Source: Malacoraja senta | Lineage: Eukaryota | NCBI GenBank assembly: GCA_038087875.1 | Contig: CM075993.1 | Location: 9,984,001 to 10,048,000 of the forward strand | DNA: 64,000 nucleotides | Direction: 5' to 3' | Part shown: one piece after another, positions 32,760 through 45,600 of the stretch | Layout: each line of letters begins with the position of its first letter | How positions within the stretch are numbered: the stretch's first letter is position 1 | Program-made: the position numbers and the translations under genes | Notes under the pieces: generated by a model | The model's database searches: none | Told to the model about the DNA's origin: nothing | Seen by the model: the letters and a program-made list of their open reading frames with translations, nothing else

Positions 32760-33660
32760 TGCCCCACACCTCTCCCTCCCTCCCCACTCTTCACCCTCCC
32801 TCCCCTACCCCATCTCCTCCTCCCTCCCCACTCTTCCCCCTCTGTCCCCGTACCCCTCTCCCCCTCCCTCCCACACTCTTCCCCCTCTCTCCCCCTACCC
32901 CATCTCCCACCTGCACTCCCCTCCCCTACCCCTCCCTCCACCCCATCCCCCCCCCCTCCCTCCCCTCCCTCCCCCCACCTCACCCCCCTCCCCCCTCAGT
33001 CCCCTCTCTCTCCTCCCTCTCTCTCTCCTCCCATCTCTCTCACCCCCCTCCCCCCCTCCCCCTCACCCACTCTTCCTCACCCACCCTCATTCTCCTCCTC
33101 CCCTCCACCCCCTCTCCCGCTGTCTCTTGCCCTTCTGTCTCTGCCCCTTTCTCTTTGTCTCTCCCATTCTCTCTCTGCTCTCACTCTCTACCCCCCTCTC
33201 TCTCCCTCACCCTCCCTCTCTCTCTCCCCCGCTCTCTCTCCCCCTCCCCTTCTCTCCCCTCCCTCTCTCTCTCCCCTCTCTCCCCTACTCTCCCCTAAAC
33301 CCCTTCCTCCCTCCCCTCCACACCCTCCCCTCCACCCGTCCCCTACCCCCTTCCCTCCACCTCCCTTCCCCCCACCTCTCCCCCTCCCTTCCCCCCACCT
33401 CTCCCCCTCCCTCCCCCCACCTCTCCCCCTCCCTTCCCCCCACCCTTCTCACCCCATCTCCCCCCTTCCCTTCCGCCCCTCTCAGCCCCCCTCTCCCCCT
33501 CTCTCTCCTCCCCTCTCTCCTCCCCTCTCTCCTCCCATCTCACTCTCCCCTCCTCCACCACCCCGTCCTCCCTCTCCTCCTCCTCTCCTCCACCCCCCTC
33601 TCCCGCTGTCTCTCCCCATTCTCTCTCTGCCCTCACTCTGTAACCCCCTCTCCCTCTCTA
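32760..33660. repeat. ~900-bp C/T-rich low-complexity tract (G-rich on minus strand)
   Basis: Almost purely CCCT/CCCCCT units; explains the Pro/Ser/Leu pseudo-ORFs. Confidence 0.92.
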
Positions 33661-34660
33661 GACGCGCCTGCGAGTTGGGGGCTATGCGTCAGTGGCTAGG
33701 GCGGTTATGCGGTAAAAGGATCTAATTAATAATATTAGTATAATATCAAGGGGGTAGTTAGTGTGGGGGTGGTTAGTGTGTGTGACGCCGCATGCCGCCC
33801 CGCACCCCCCCCCCCCCGCAAACGCGCGTTGGGGGAACAGACCCGACGGGTCTGCACTTGGTCTAGTATACTTTAAAAACTCTGTGTGTGTGTGTGTGTG
33901 TGTGTGGGTGTGTGGGTGTGTTTGTGGGTGTCAGATTTGGCCTTTGATTCTTTGGTCCGCCAAAACCACACGTGAAAACTCTGAGATTTTTTCCATATCG
34001 CAAGACATTACATTTTTACATACTGGCTTCCCTAACACACTCCTTATTAGATTTAGACATTTTTATGTACACATTTTTAAATGAAATCCCCCCCCCCACT
34101 CACTCATTTTGCCGCCTCCTGCTGGCCAGCCACCATAACGGGTGCTGCCGCCCGGCTCTGCTCCAAAACCGGCGACATTTTTATTCTTTCGCTGGCGATT
34201 TTCGCAGCTGCCGCCCGGCTCTCCTCCACTACGCCCTCTTCCCCCCCCCCCCCCCCCGGGCCCGGCTCTCTCACGCTGGCTCAAGCCAAACATCGGCTCT
34301 TCCACCGCTGCTTTTCGCTGTCCTCTATCTGAGAACGCCGAAAAGCAGCGGCTGAACAACCCATCTTTGCCTTCAGCCAGCGTGATAGAGCCGACGCGTC
34401 AACGGCCTGTCGGCCCGCAGCCCCATTGAGGGCGTACGCAGCGTCTCGACGGCCGTACGCAGCGTCTCGACGCCGTAAGCAGCGTCAACACGCTGCATAC
34501 GCCGTCAAGACGCAGCATACGACGTGGAGACGCTGCGTACGGCCGTCCAGACGCTGTCTACGCCATCAAGACGCTGAAGCACGTTCGGGAACCAGACCCC
34601 GGGGTCTGAAGCACGCTCGGGTACCAGACCCAACGGGTCTGCACTTGGTGTAGTTACTAC

Positions 34661-35919
34661 TAATTTCCATCCTGGACTCGAATTTACGTGGACCATCTCC
34701 GAAATCTCCCTACTGTTTCTTGATCTCACCGTCTCTATCACAGGAGATAGACTATCGACTGACATGTTTTATAAATGCACTGACTCCCACAGCAATCAGC
34801 CTGCTTCCTGCCAAGACTCTATTCCCTGCTCCCAATTCTCCGTCTACACCGCATCTGCGCCCAAGATGAGATGTTCCATCCCAGGACATCTGAGATTCTT
34901 TAAGGAATGGGGCTTCCCCACTTCCACCATAGATGAGGCCCTCACTAGGGTCCCCTTGATATCCCACAGCTCCGCTCTAACTCCCCATTCCCCCAGTCGT
35001 AACAGGGACAGAGTCCTCTCAGTCCTCACCCTTCACCCCATTAGCCGTCGCATACAGCACATAATCCTCCTGCATTTTTGCCACCTACAACGGGATCCCA
35101 CCACTGGCCACATCTTCCCATCTCCACCCCTTTCCGCTTTCCGCAGAGACCGTTCCCTCCGCAACTCCATGGTTAACTTGTCCCTTCCCACCCAAACCAC
35201 CCCCTCCCCAGGTATTTTCCCCTGCAATCGCAGGAGATCCAACACCTGTCCCTATATCTCCCCCCTTGACTCCGTCCAAGGACCCCGACAGTCTTTTCAG
35301 GTGAGGCAGAGGTTCACTTGTACCTCCTCCAACCTCATCTACTGTATCCGCTGTTCGGGGTGTACTCTCCTATATATCGGCGATACCAAGCGCAGGCTCT
35401 GCGAACATTTCGCTGAACACCTCCGCTCAGTCCGCCTTAACCTACCTAATCTCCCGGTTGCGAAACACTAACTCCCCCTTCCATTCCTTTCTGTCCTGGG
35501 CCTCCTCCATTGTCAGAGTGAGGCCCAGTGCAAATTGGAAGAACAACAAATCATGTTTCTCTTGGGCAGCTTACACCCCAGCGGTATGAATATTGACTTC
35601 TCTAACTTCAAGTAACCTTTGCCTTCCCTCTCTCTCCAAACCTCCCCCCTTTCCAGTTCTCCAACTAGTCTAACTGTCCTCATTTACATTTTATCTCTGT
35701 TTGCTTTGTTGTTACCTTCTCCTAGCTAACAATGATCTATTCTATACTGTCCTTGATCTTCACCCCTTTTGGCTCGTATTCACACCTTACATTTTCTTAT
35801 CTCTGTGTCTCGATCTCACAATTCAGTCTGAAGAAGGGTCACGACCCGAAACGTCACCCATTCCTTCTAACCAGACATGCTGCCTGTTTCACCTAGTTAC
35901 TCCAGCATTTTGTGTCTAT
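34661..35919 (+). mobile_element. Penelope-like element fragment (RT thumb, GIY-YIG, pLTR)
   Basis: NFHPGLEFTW...FLDL and ORF 34764..35471 with NLIYCIRC..C..LYIGDTKRRL; ends in the CTGAAGAAGGG...GAAACGTC pLTR motif. Confidence 0.9.
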
Positions 35920-36563
35920 AAACTATTAACTATTTGCCTCTACAAATTCTGCCCAGCCTGCTGACTATATCTAAAATTTCAGTTTTGATTTCACATTGTC
36001 AACATGCTTTTGCATATATAGTGGTATTTTATTTCTGCAGCATTCTTCAGGAAACATTAAATGGTTTGGTATTGCAGGTCATCTTATATGAATATATTTC
36101 TCACCAGGGTTTTGAAATACAACAGAGACAACATGTACACTTGATCACAAGCTGTGAATAGTTGGTGCATTTCAGTTAAATTATCAAACTTTAACAGATG
36201 TGTAGTGCATTACTACATTAGTCAGTACAGTGATAGTGCAAGGGTTTAGAAGCTTTAAGCACTGACCAACAGGTGCACTTGTCTGCTGGATGTGAGGTGG
36301 TAAAACACAATTCAATGCAGCATGTTATATATCTTCCCTGGTTATAAGGTCTGGCTTTTTCATGGCTTTCTGCGGCAAATATTCCACCCACATAGAAATG
36401 TGCAGTAAACAGTCTGCAGAAGGGTTCGGCCCTTTCTTTGGTTTCCGTAACAGTTTCATGGTAAACACACGTTGGCTCTGGTGTCTGTATTAATCAGTGG
36501 CGCCAGTTTGAGTATTGCTCAGGTTTCTGGAGGTAACAGCGACTATTGTCAGAGGTGATTGGC

Positions 36564-36649
36564 TTATTTCACAGCCCTTGGCATCGTTTTGGTTTTTGTA
36601 ATGACATCAGCAGCCTTGCTCTTCAGCTCTCTGCATTCTTTTAAAAGTT
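36564..36649 (-). CDS. LRRC61: LRRC61 last coding exon (ELLKECRELKSKAADVITKTKTMPRAVK*)
   Basis: 86 nt, catag acceptor, TAA stop at 36566-36564; candidate AATAAA at 36033-36028 on the minus strand. Confidence 0.82.
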
Positions 36650-39600
36650 CTATGCGTTAAAATAAGAAGCATCCATATTCAAAATAAATGAAGGCGAAAA
36701 ATTCAAAGAAAATACGTAAATAAAATACATATACAAAATCTTAATTAGTTCTTAGAAATTAAAATTGCACAGTGGATGAAACAAGTCAAGAGAACTCTTA
36801 CCAAAAAACTGTTCAGAAGCTTTATCAGTCTGAGTTTGCTGCATTGGCTTCAGTTCCCAGTACCTGTCCTCAACCCATTTTGTCGGACTGACCGATACAT
36901 GGATAGGACGAATGCTGTCAATTTCTGAAAATAAAGAACTTGCATCTCTGTAAATAATTTTCACAACATGAAGATATTCCCAAATGAATTGCTCTTATTG
37001 AAGTATTTATGAAGTGTGAAAATTGTCTGTCATAGAATCTTACAGCATGGAAACAGGCATTCATCCCAACTTGCCCACACCAGCCAACATGGCTGCACTA
37101 GTCCCACCTGCCTGCGTTTGGTCTGTATTCCTCTAAACCTGTCCAATCCATGTACCTGTCTAAATGTTTCTTAAGCGTTGCGATACTACCTACCTCAACC
37201 ACCTCCTCCGCTATCTATGGTAATGTGGTAAATAGGACATAATGTTCACAATGCAACGCGAGTTATCGGCTGAGATGATACATTAAAAAATATACGGACT
37301 GTGCATGTTTGAGGTGGATATATTCACTGGCCTTGATATGGGAGCAAAATACATGGGTAGAAACCCATGCAGTCCCATGGAGAACATGAAAACTCCACAC
37401 TGATAGGATCAAAACAGGGTCGCTGGAGCAGCAGCACTAATACTTCACCACTATGCTGCTCTTGGGGGGACAAGAGCAGGCAAAGAGGTAAAAAGCATTT
37501 ACATATTTGATTATTTCCTGTCATAATGTTTTTCATTATAAATTCATAACTACAAAATTGGTTGATGGGGATCAAGCAGCCTCAGCATGAATTCAGTACA
37601 GAAATTGTAACCTTGCTCCAAGCTTCAAAGGAGAAGACAACCTAACATTTTCTTAACAATTATACTGAGTGATAAAAAGACAATGCACAGGCAAAGTGGT
37701 TCATTTTGCCACTTAGTGATTAATTAAATGTTCACAAGCAGATCAAGTGTAAAGCACATATAATGGCATAATAAAAGTTACTATTGTTGCTTTTGACCCT
37801 GTATAAGTTTTTAAAAGTTGCAAAAGCCCATGTTGGTATCTGTGAAGATAGCAATTAAATCAAGGTTAGAGGCAGTTTAAAGTCACACAATCGTGCATCT
37901 CATTCCCATTTGAGCATTATTTCAGATTATTCGAGCATCTTTGTCATTATGTTTCATGAAGAAGATACTCTGAGTGATGCCACGTCCCATATGTGGTTCT
38001 AACTGTAAACCTGATAAGCTCCGACTCTGGAAGTCAGACATTGTTGCCTTCAACCACCTTCTTAAAACTGTCTTTGGGCAAGATTATTTCAGACTGATGT
38101 CTGAAGAAGGGTCTCGACTCGAAACATCACCCATTCCTTCTCACCAGAGATGCTGCCTGTCACGCTGAGTTACTCCAGCATTTTGTGTCTATCTTTGGTT
38201 TAAACCAGCATCTGCAGTTCTCTCCTACACAAACATCCTGGTAAATCTATTCTGCATCCTTTCCAATTTAATGATATCTTTCCAATGGCTGGATGTCTCG
38301 AACTGCACACAGTACTGCAAGTATGGTCTCATCAATGACATGTACAACTTTTGTACTCGGTACCCTTCCAGATGAAGACAAATGTGCCAAATACCTTCTT
38401 CAGCACCTTATCCACCTGTCTCACCTGGTAACCATGCACCTGTACTCCTAGATGTCTCCGTTCTTCAACACTCTCCGGGGCTCTACCATTTGGTGTGCAA
38501 GTACTGCCCTGGTTCGACCAAAGTGCAACACCTCACACTTGCCACAATTAATTCCATTTGGCATTCCTTGGCCCACCTTCCCAACTAATCTAGATCCCGT
38601 TGTAAACATAGATATCCTTCTTCACTGGCCACTGTCACCAATTTTGATGTCATTTTCAAATTTACTAACAATATTCACCACATTGTCATCCAAATTGTTA
38701 ATGTATATAACAAAAACAAGCCTCCAATCAGAAAGACAACCCTCTCCAACTTCCCTTTGACAAAGATGTTGCCAGATTTGAGCGTCTGAGCTATAGGCAG
38801 AGATTGAGCTGGATAGGACTATATTCTTTGGAATGATCTTATAGAGGTATATAAGATCATGAGGGGAATAGATAGTGTGACTGTGCAGAGTATTTTACCC
38901 AGAGCAGCGGAATCAAGAACCAGAAGGCATAGATTTACGGTGAGAGGAAAACATTAATAGGAACCCGAGGGGCTTCACACTCAGGGTGGGGGATATATGG
39001 AACAGAACAAAACGTACCCTTTTAATTTGGTTAAGTAGGTAACAGAGAACTAGAGAACATTTCACAGAAGTAAAATCGGCAATTAAGTTATTTGGGAGTA
39101 AAATCATAACCAGGATGACACGTGTGAAATCCAGACTGGCAAAACACATAGAATATAGAACAGTATAGCACAGGAAAAGGCCCTTCGGCTCACTATGTGC
39201 TCAACATGCATGATGCAAAGTTAAGTTCCTCTGCCTGCATGTGATCCATATCCCTTCATTCTGAATCATTAACAGTTTAGTTCTGCCCATGTTTCACTAT
39301 GCGTACTCACTTTACTGGAGTGAAAATGCCATTTAAATTACGATCAAACCAAAAAGCACTATCAAACCTTTCAGAGAATCATCAATGTCTTTACAGAGTC
39401 GGTACAAATCACTGCCCCTTCCTGAAAATCTCTCTCCTGTGAATAGAACAGAACAGAAACAGTTCTCAAGTGCTCAGATTCTTTTAATTTCATCAAAAAT
39501 AAAGGTATGGAAAAACACAATGGATGTAACTTAAAAACTTTAAAGCAAAGAAAAGGAAATATCTTAAATATCACTGTAACACTTGATAACTGTGAGTGCA

Positions 39601-42600
39601 TCAAAAACATTTATCTTTAATTTTTCACTTGGAACAGCTGACAGAACAGGATGGATTGTTTTCAGATTCAAGACCAAAAAGTTATAATTCCCCAATTAAT
39701 TTTACAATGATGCGCCGTTACTCCAGAGTCTGAGCTGCAGGGAGAGATTGGGCAAGCTAGGACGAAGTGCAGGAGGCTAAAGAATGACCTTTTAGAGGTG
39801 TATATAAGGAAATAGATATGGTGAATACACAAGTCTTTTCCCAGGGTAGCGGAATCAAGAACCAGAAAACATAGGTTTAAGGACATAGGAGAGGAGAAAA
39901 ATGTAATAGGAACCCGAGGGGCAACATTTTCACTTGGAGCGTAGTGGGTATATGGAACAAGCTGCCAGTGGATATAGTTGAGGCAGGTGCATATAGGAAA
40001 AGTTCAGAGGGATATGGGCCAAATACAGGCAAATGGCACTAGCTTATATGGAGCATTTTGGTTGGCATGGACAAGTTTGGCTGAAGGGCCTGTTTTCTTG
40101 CCATGTAACTCTATAATCGATTTGCACAATATTAAAGGTAGACAAAAATGCTGGAGAAACTCAGCGGGTGAGGCAGCATCTATGGAGCGAAGGAAATAGG
40201 GAACGTTTCGGGTCGAGACCCTTCTTCAATATTAAAGATGGGTTTGCACTATGGCAAGGTTCTTTGGCAAGAGCTGCATCATCATTATCTTGATGAATGA
40301 AAATTTATGTCCAATAAACTTGCTCGTGAATAGCCCAGTGTTCAGGTCCTGATTATTTTCATCCACCAGATTCCCATGCTGATCACACTACTCCAGGAAG
40401 ACTTGGGGCAGAGTTGTCCCTCAAGGTAGTGAAAGGCAAATAATAAATGAAAGAAAAGTCTAGTGCTGAATGTCTGACACCATCGGAAATCAAAAGGAAC
40501 TGAGCACCATGGAGAGAAAATATATAAATTATTTATTAAATTATTTCTTAGTATCTTAGGTCTCCTTTTAACCTTGCAACTTGGTGGGCCACTAGAAAAT
40601 ATTAAGAATCAATCATAATCATAAACAGCCTGGTTTTCATGAAGGTGGCAGTTGGCTGATAAGATATTTCATGAGATTTCAAAACCAACAATCAAATCAG
40701 CTTTCGAAATTTTGAATTCTTTAAGGATGAAGAAAAGAGGTTGGATAATGTGGACCCAGCAAATACAGTGTATTTGGATTTCTAGAAGGCATTTGATAAT
40801 ATCTAATTAAAGGTTTTCATGAAGGTAGCAGATTATATATTGTCATTGACAGAGAAATGGTCAACTAAAGAAAACAGATGGTGAGGATAAATTGGGCCAT
40901 TTTTTCAGATCGGCAATTCTTAACTAATACTATGATCGTGTGATCACAACTTTGCTGAGAGTATAAAGATAGATAAACTATAAAGTTACAAGCACACAAT
41001 GAGCATTCAAAAGAAGTATAGAAAGTTAAGTGAATAACCAAGAACTTGATAGATAGGGAATTATGTTGTAAATTGTGAAATTATACACTTTGGAAGAAAG
41101 AAATTAAAAAAAACAGATAATCAAATAGAGACTACAAAATGTAGAAAAAGGATCGGTGGGTGAGGGGGTGGAAGTGTTTGAAATACAAAGAGCTAGCATG
41201 CAGGTACAGCGGTTACAGAGGAAGGTTAATGAAATCTGTTGTAAGTGGCATGGAGGATAACAATATATTGAAGTTCTGATGCAAATTTACTGGGTGCAAG
41301 AGAGACACCCTCCGTGAGTACCGAGTAGTTTTAGTCTCCATACATAAGGAACTATATTCTTGTTTTTCCAAGTAGGTTCATTCCTTGATGGAAGGTATTG
41401 ATGTATCAAGAGAGGCCTGATAGGATAGGAGGTTGTGCCCACATACAATAGTTTTGAAGAATGAGAGGAAAAATAAATTGAGGGAGATCACCAAGATGGA
41501 TGCTGAGAGGATGTTTCTCCACTATGGACATCCAGAACCAGGGTACATAATTACAAAATAATGGGTGATCCATTTACAATGGAGATCAAGAGAAATTCCT
41601 CCTCTCAAAATATTTAGAATTGTCCACTTCCACAGCTCCCTCGGGGTAATCATTAAATATATTCAAGGTGGAAATTAACAGAAATTTGAATGACATGAGA
41701 ATGAAAGGGATATGGTGAGGGAGCAGGGACACGAGGCCATAAATGGATCAGATACAATTACAATTACATTGAATAATAGAATGGGCTTGTTGGCCTACTC
41801 CTGCTTGTGTTTCTTATGTTCTGATGTAGAAATTCATGTTGATAACATCAGAACCATGTCAGCAGCATAGCCCAGAAGAACTTAGAGCAGCTATTTGAAA
41901 AAAAAAGTCTCAACATATTAAAATTGATAGGATGGTTTCAATATTGTGCAAATACAAAATTAATGAGGCCACGCAATTTCTCAGACCACGCAATTTTTGC
42001 AATATTCTTTCAGGCACAAATTTCTGTTGGGATCTGCCATGTGCCATTGCTGCATGTGTAAAAATGATAGGGCTAGAGGCAGCATATGTAGAGGGAAATA
42101 GATTGACAACGTATCATGTCGAGATACTTCCTCAGACTGATTGGAGTAAGGAGGAGAAAGCCAGAATGGAGAGGCAAAGCCGAATGGAGGGAGGTGGGTG
42201 GAAGGGGATGGGGTAGGGGAAAGAGGACGGGATAAAAGAGGAATTTTGGACTCAGGAATAGGAGATGAGGATATGGAGAGAAAAGGAACAGGGTGACTGA
42301 TTGTGGGAGAAATGTGCGTGAACCAAAGCTGTGGGTGGTGGCAGGTGAAAGAGAGGTACATGGGTGGGGGGGGGGGGGGGGTATTACTTAAAATGGAAGA
42401 ATTCAATGTTCATAATTTTGGGTTGTAAGGAACCCCAGTGGAATATGAGATGTCTCTGAAAGGAAAGAATGTGCGATAGGAAGATGGACCAGCTGGATTG
42501 TTCTTACATAGAACAGTAATGATTCTGTGGGCTGAATAGCTTCCTTTAGAATTGTGACTGTTCTGCAATTCTGTGAACACTTAGGACATGAAAACGTTTT

Positions 42601-45600
42601 TAAAATGTAATGTTCTCAAAAACACATTCATGCATTAAAAATAAATGTAAATGGTGAGATTAAATAGGTTTTTTTTTAAATAGAATTATCTTGCAGCTAG
42701 TGCCTCCTTATCATTTGAATAGGGATTGCTGTGCTTGGTCAGCAGGCAGATTTCCAACCCAAGACTCGGGAAAGCTGCAGAACATTGTGCTTTCCTGTTG
42801 GAACTCTGCAATGAGCGAACCGGAGCAGCCAGAGCTGGTCGCGGCAGAGCAGGAAATGCAACCCCCCATAGAAAACGCACCCCCCCACAGAAATACAGAA
42901 TTCTATCACTGGTATCATGCTTTAGTCGGATACCAGTGATAGTAATCTGTATTTCAGTGGGAATGTGAAGAAAAACACTGATGTTCCTGCTGGCATTAGG
43001 GAAGAACATCTGCATAAATATCTTAAAACAGAAACTTCTATTGTTTACAGTTTCTCAAATTACTCACCATCTAATATCTTTATGTTTGGGAACATGTCTA
43101 GTATAGTGTTCAGATATGATGTATTCATACACACTGAAAACAAAGGATTTAGAGTCACATCTTTCTGTAGAAATATTTATATTTATGATGCATGTCCCAG
43201 TGCTTTACAACATTGACAACGTGTTAACTTTGAGGTAGCAATTTTGCTGTCCTTTAAAAGCGGTTTAATATCCCAGATAATATATATGCTGCATTTACAG
43301 GAACCATTACATGGTGACTAAATAGCTTTAAATGGATTTGCCCTTTCTTTAACCTTGCAACATTACATTCTGCCAAGACACCATAAATAATGGAAAATAT
43401 AGGATTTATTCTGTGCCTTTGAACTGTTGCTGTTCTGCCACATACTAGGGCCAGAAATTAACCTAATTCTTGTCTAATTATCGCATTTCCTTCAAGGATG
43501 AACAGAATTATATTAATCTAGTGCATTTTTACAACCTTGGGATGTTTCCAAGTGCTTTACTTTCAATGAGATTCTCACTATTGGGTTACACAAAAGCATG
43601 AATCTATTTTATATGCAAGCTCCCATGAACATCAATGTGATAAATGATTTTAGTAATGTCAATTGAGGGATGAATATTAGCCTAAGCATAAGAAAATTCC
43701 CTTGTAGGAGTACCATGGGATTTTTTGCATCCAGGAAGAAGCCAACTCATTGGTTATTACTTCATCTTAAAGACAGTTTCTCCGACATTCGAGAATTCCC
43801 TTACTATCGGTCTTATTAGTGTTGGAATAACAGTCTAAATTCTATGCTCAAAGCTTTGTAGAAAGGTTTAAATTCAAAGCTTCTGACCTGAAAAGTGAAG
43901 GTATGAATCGTCACAGCTAAGAGAAAGAATTACCTGGATTACTAAAGCTGAAAACTGTATCTTTCAGTCGAATCGTATCCAGATTCTTCAGCTTGGTTAT
44001 TGAACGAAGTGCATCCACACTAAAGAGCAGTGCACAGATACGGAGATAGGTTAGATATCCAAAACTGCTGCAACTACTAACAGCAGCATATTCTGTCACA
44101 CAGGATTACTGCAAACAAGTTTTCAACACTAACCTGCTGATTAGGTTTCCTGCCAAATTGAGGTTCTGCAGATTTTCACAGGAGTACAGAGGATCTGGAA
44201 TAGAAATGAAATGTGGAAAATACTTACAAAGGGAAAAAGTACATGGTGAAGAATGATATTTTTTTTCCATAACTCTGATGTTAACATTGTTCAAGGCAGA
44301 GGAGAAATCTGGAAATTTAAATTACTACCCACTTATCGAAATAAATACAAAAGGCAAGTGCAGCCCAATAAGAACGTTCTGGCATGAAAAGTAAACCCTG
44401 TTTCTCTCTGCACTGACGTTTCTGACTAACAAGAGCTTTTCCATCGTTTTATGTGTTTATTTTGTTTCCGACTGAAGGTGGCACCACTACTTCATTTCCA
44501 ATAGAAGCATAGTGCAGGAGGGTGAGATTTAATATATTTCAAACCAACTTTTATTGGCTGTTTTCCTCAACTGCAAAACAGACCCCTGAGTGCACATCAT
44601 TTAAACATGCAAAGTGTAAACTGCATTAAAAAATATATATATATGATGAACTATGAGCTTAAATTCTCTATTGAACATTTGAAAATGAACACGTTTTTTT
44701 AAAATAACTAAAGACCTGAAAACATACAGCTAAGCTTACATCAGTTAGACTTCAGGGAAAATTCCCTTTAGACACTGCATTAAATGGCTGGTAATCCGAT
44801 GCTGCTCATTTTGCATTGTGCCTGCAATGAATGTCAAGTTCTAGTTCAACAGAAAGCAACGTGATCTATTGGAAAAAAGAATCTTTACTGCTTTGATGAC
44901 CAAGTATACTGAAGCAAAAACAAGCCATCATACATGTACTGATGTTTAGCCCCGCAAAGCTTCTCACACATTTATTTTAGTGAGTCTATGGAATATGTTC
45001 CCATGGAGATATGGAAACAGTATTTATTAGAATTTACTTTTAGACTTTAGAGATACAGTGCGGAAACAGGCCCTTCGACCCACACATTCCACGCCGACCA
45101 CCGATCACCCCGTGCACTAGCATTTTCCTACGCATTAAGGACAATTTACAATTGTTTACCAAAGCCAATTAACCTACAAACCTGTACATCTTTGGAGTGT
45201 GGGAGGAAAACTGAGCATCCGGAGAAAACCCACACGGTCACAGGGAGAACGTACAGACAACACGTAGTCCGGATCGAATCCATGTCTCTGGCGCTGTAAT
45301 GCAGCATCTCTACCACTGTGCCTCCCCTATATAAACAAGATCTATTTTGTAAGATATTCTGTGATGCAGTATACAAGTAATTTGAGGGGTAACAATGGTG
45401 AATGGAGATTGGATAGGGAGGTAACGGGAGCTTTGCATTCGCTATTCTCAAAGATCTCCAACAATGAGTCTGTCACCATATGAAAACTAAGAATGGTGCA
45501 GACAAATCAATCCAATTATCATTCTGTCAAGTGACCTCAAGGATGGTAGAATTTGTGTATATTTTTCTCCTGCTTAGCACAGGAACATAAGAAGTAAAAA

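Larger units (their letters stand above)
29893..34653 (+). mobile_element. Cluster of related non-autonomous Helitron-like elements (three copies, two 3' termini)
   Basis: Starts A|TCTATC. Related bodies begin at about 30027, 32101 and 33877. 3' ends: hairpin CAGACCC-GAC-GGGTCTG (33838-33854) + CACTTGGT + CTAG|T (33863-33866), and CAGACCC-AAC-GGGTCTG (34625-34641) + GTAG|T. Confidence 0.72.

Noticed and set aside
32357..33725. Long Pro/Ser/Leu- and Gly/Glu/Arg-rich ORFs (208-323 aa)
   Set aside because: Products of a low-complexity C/T tract that lacks stop codons; no domain or splice support.
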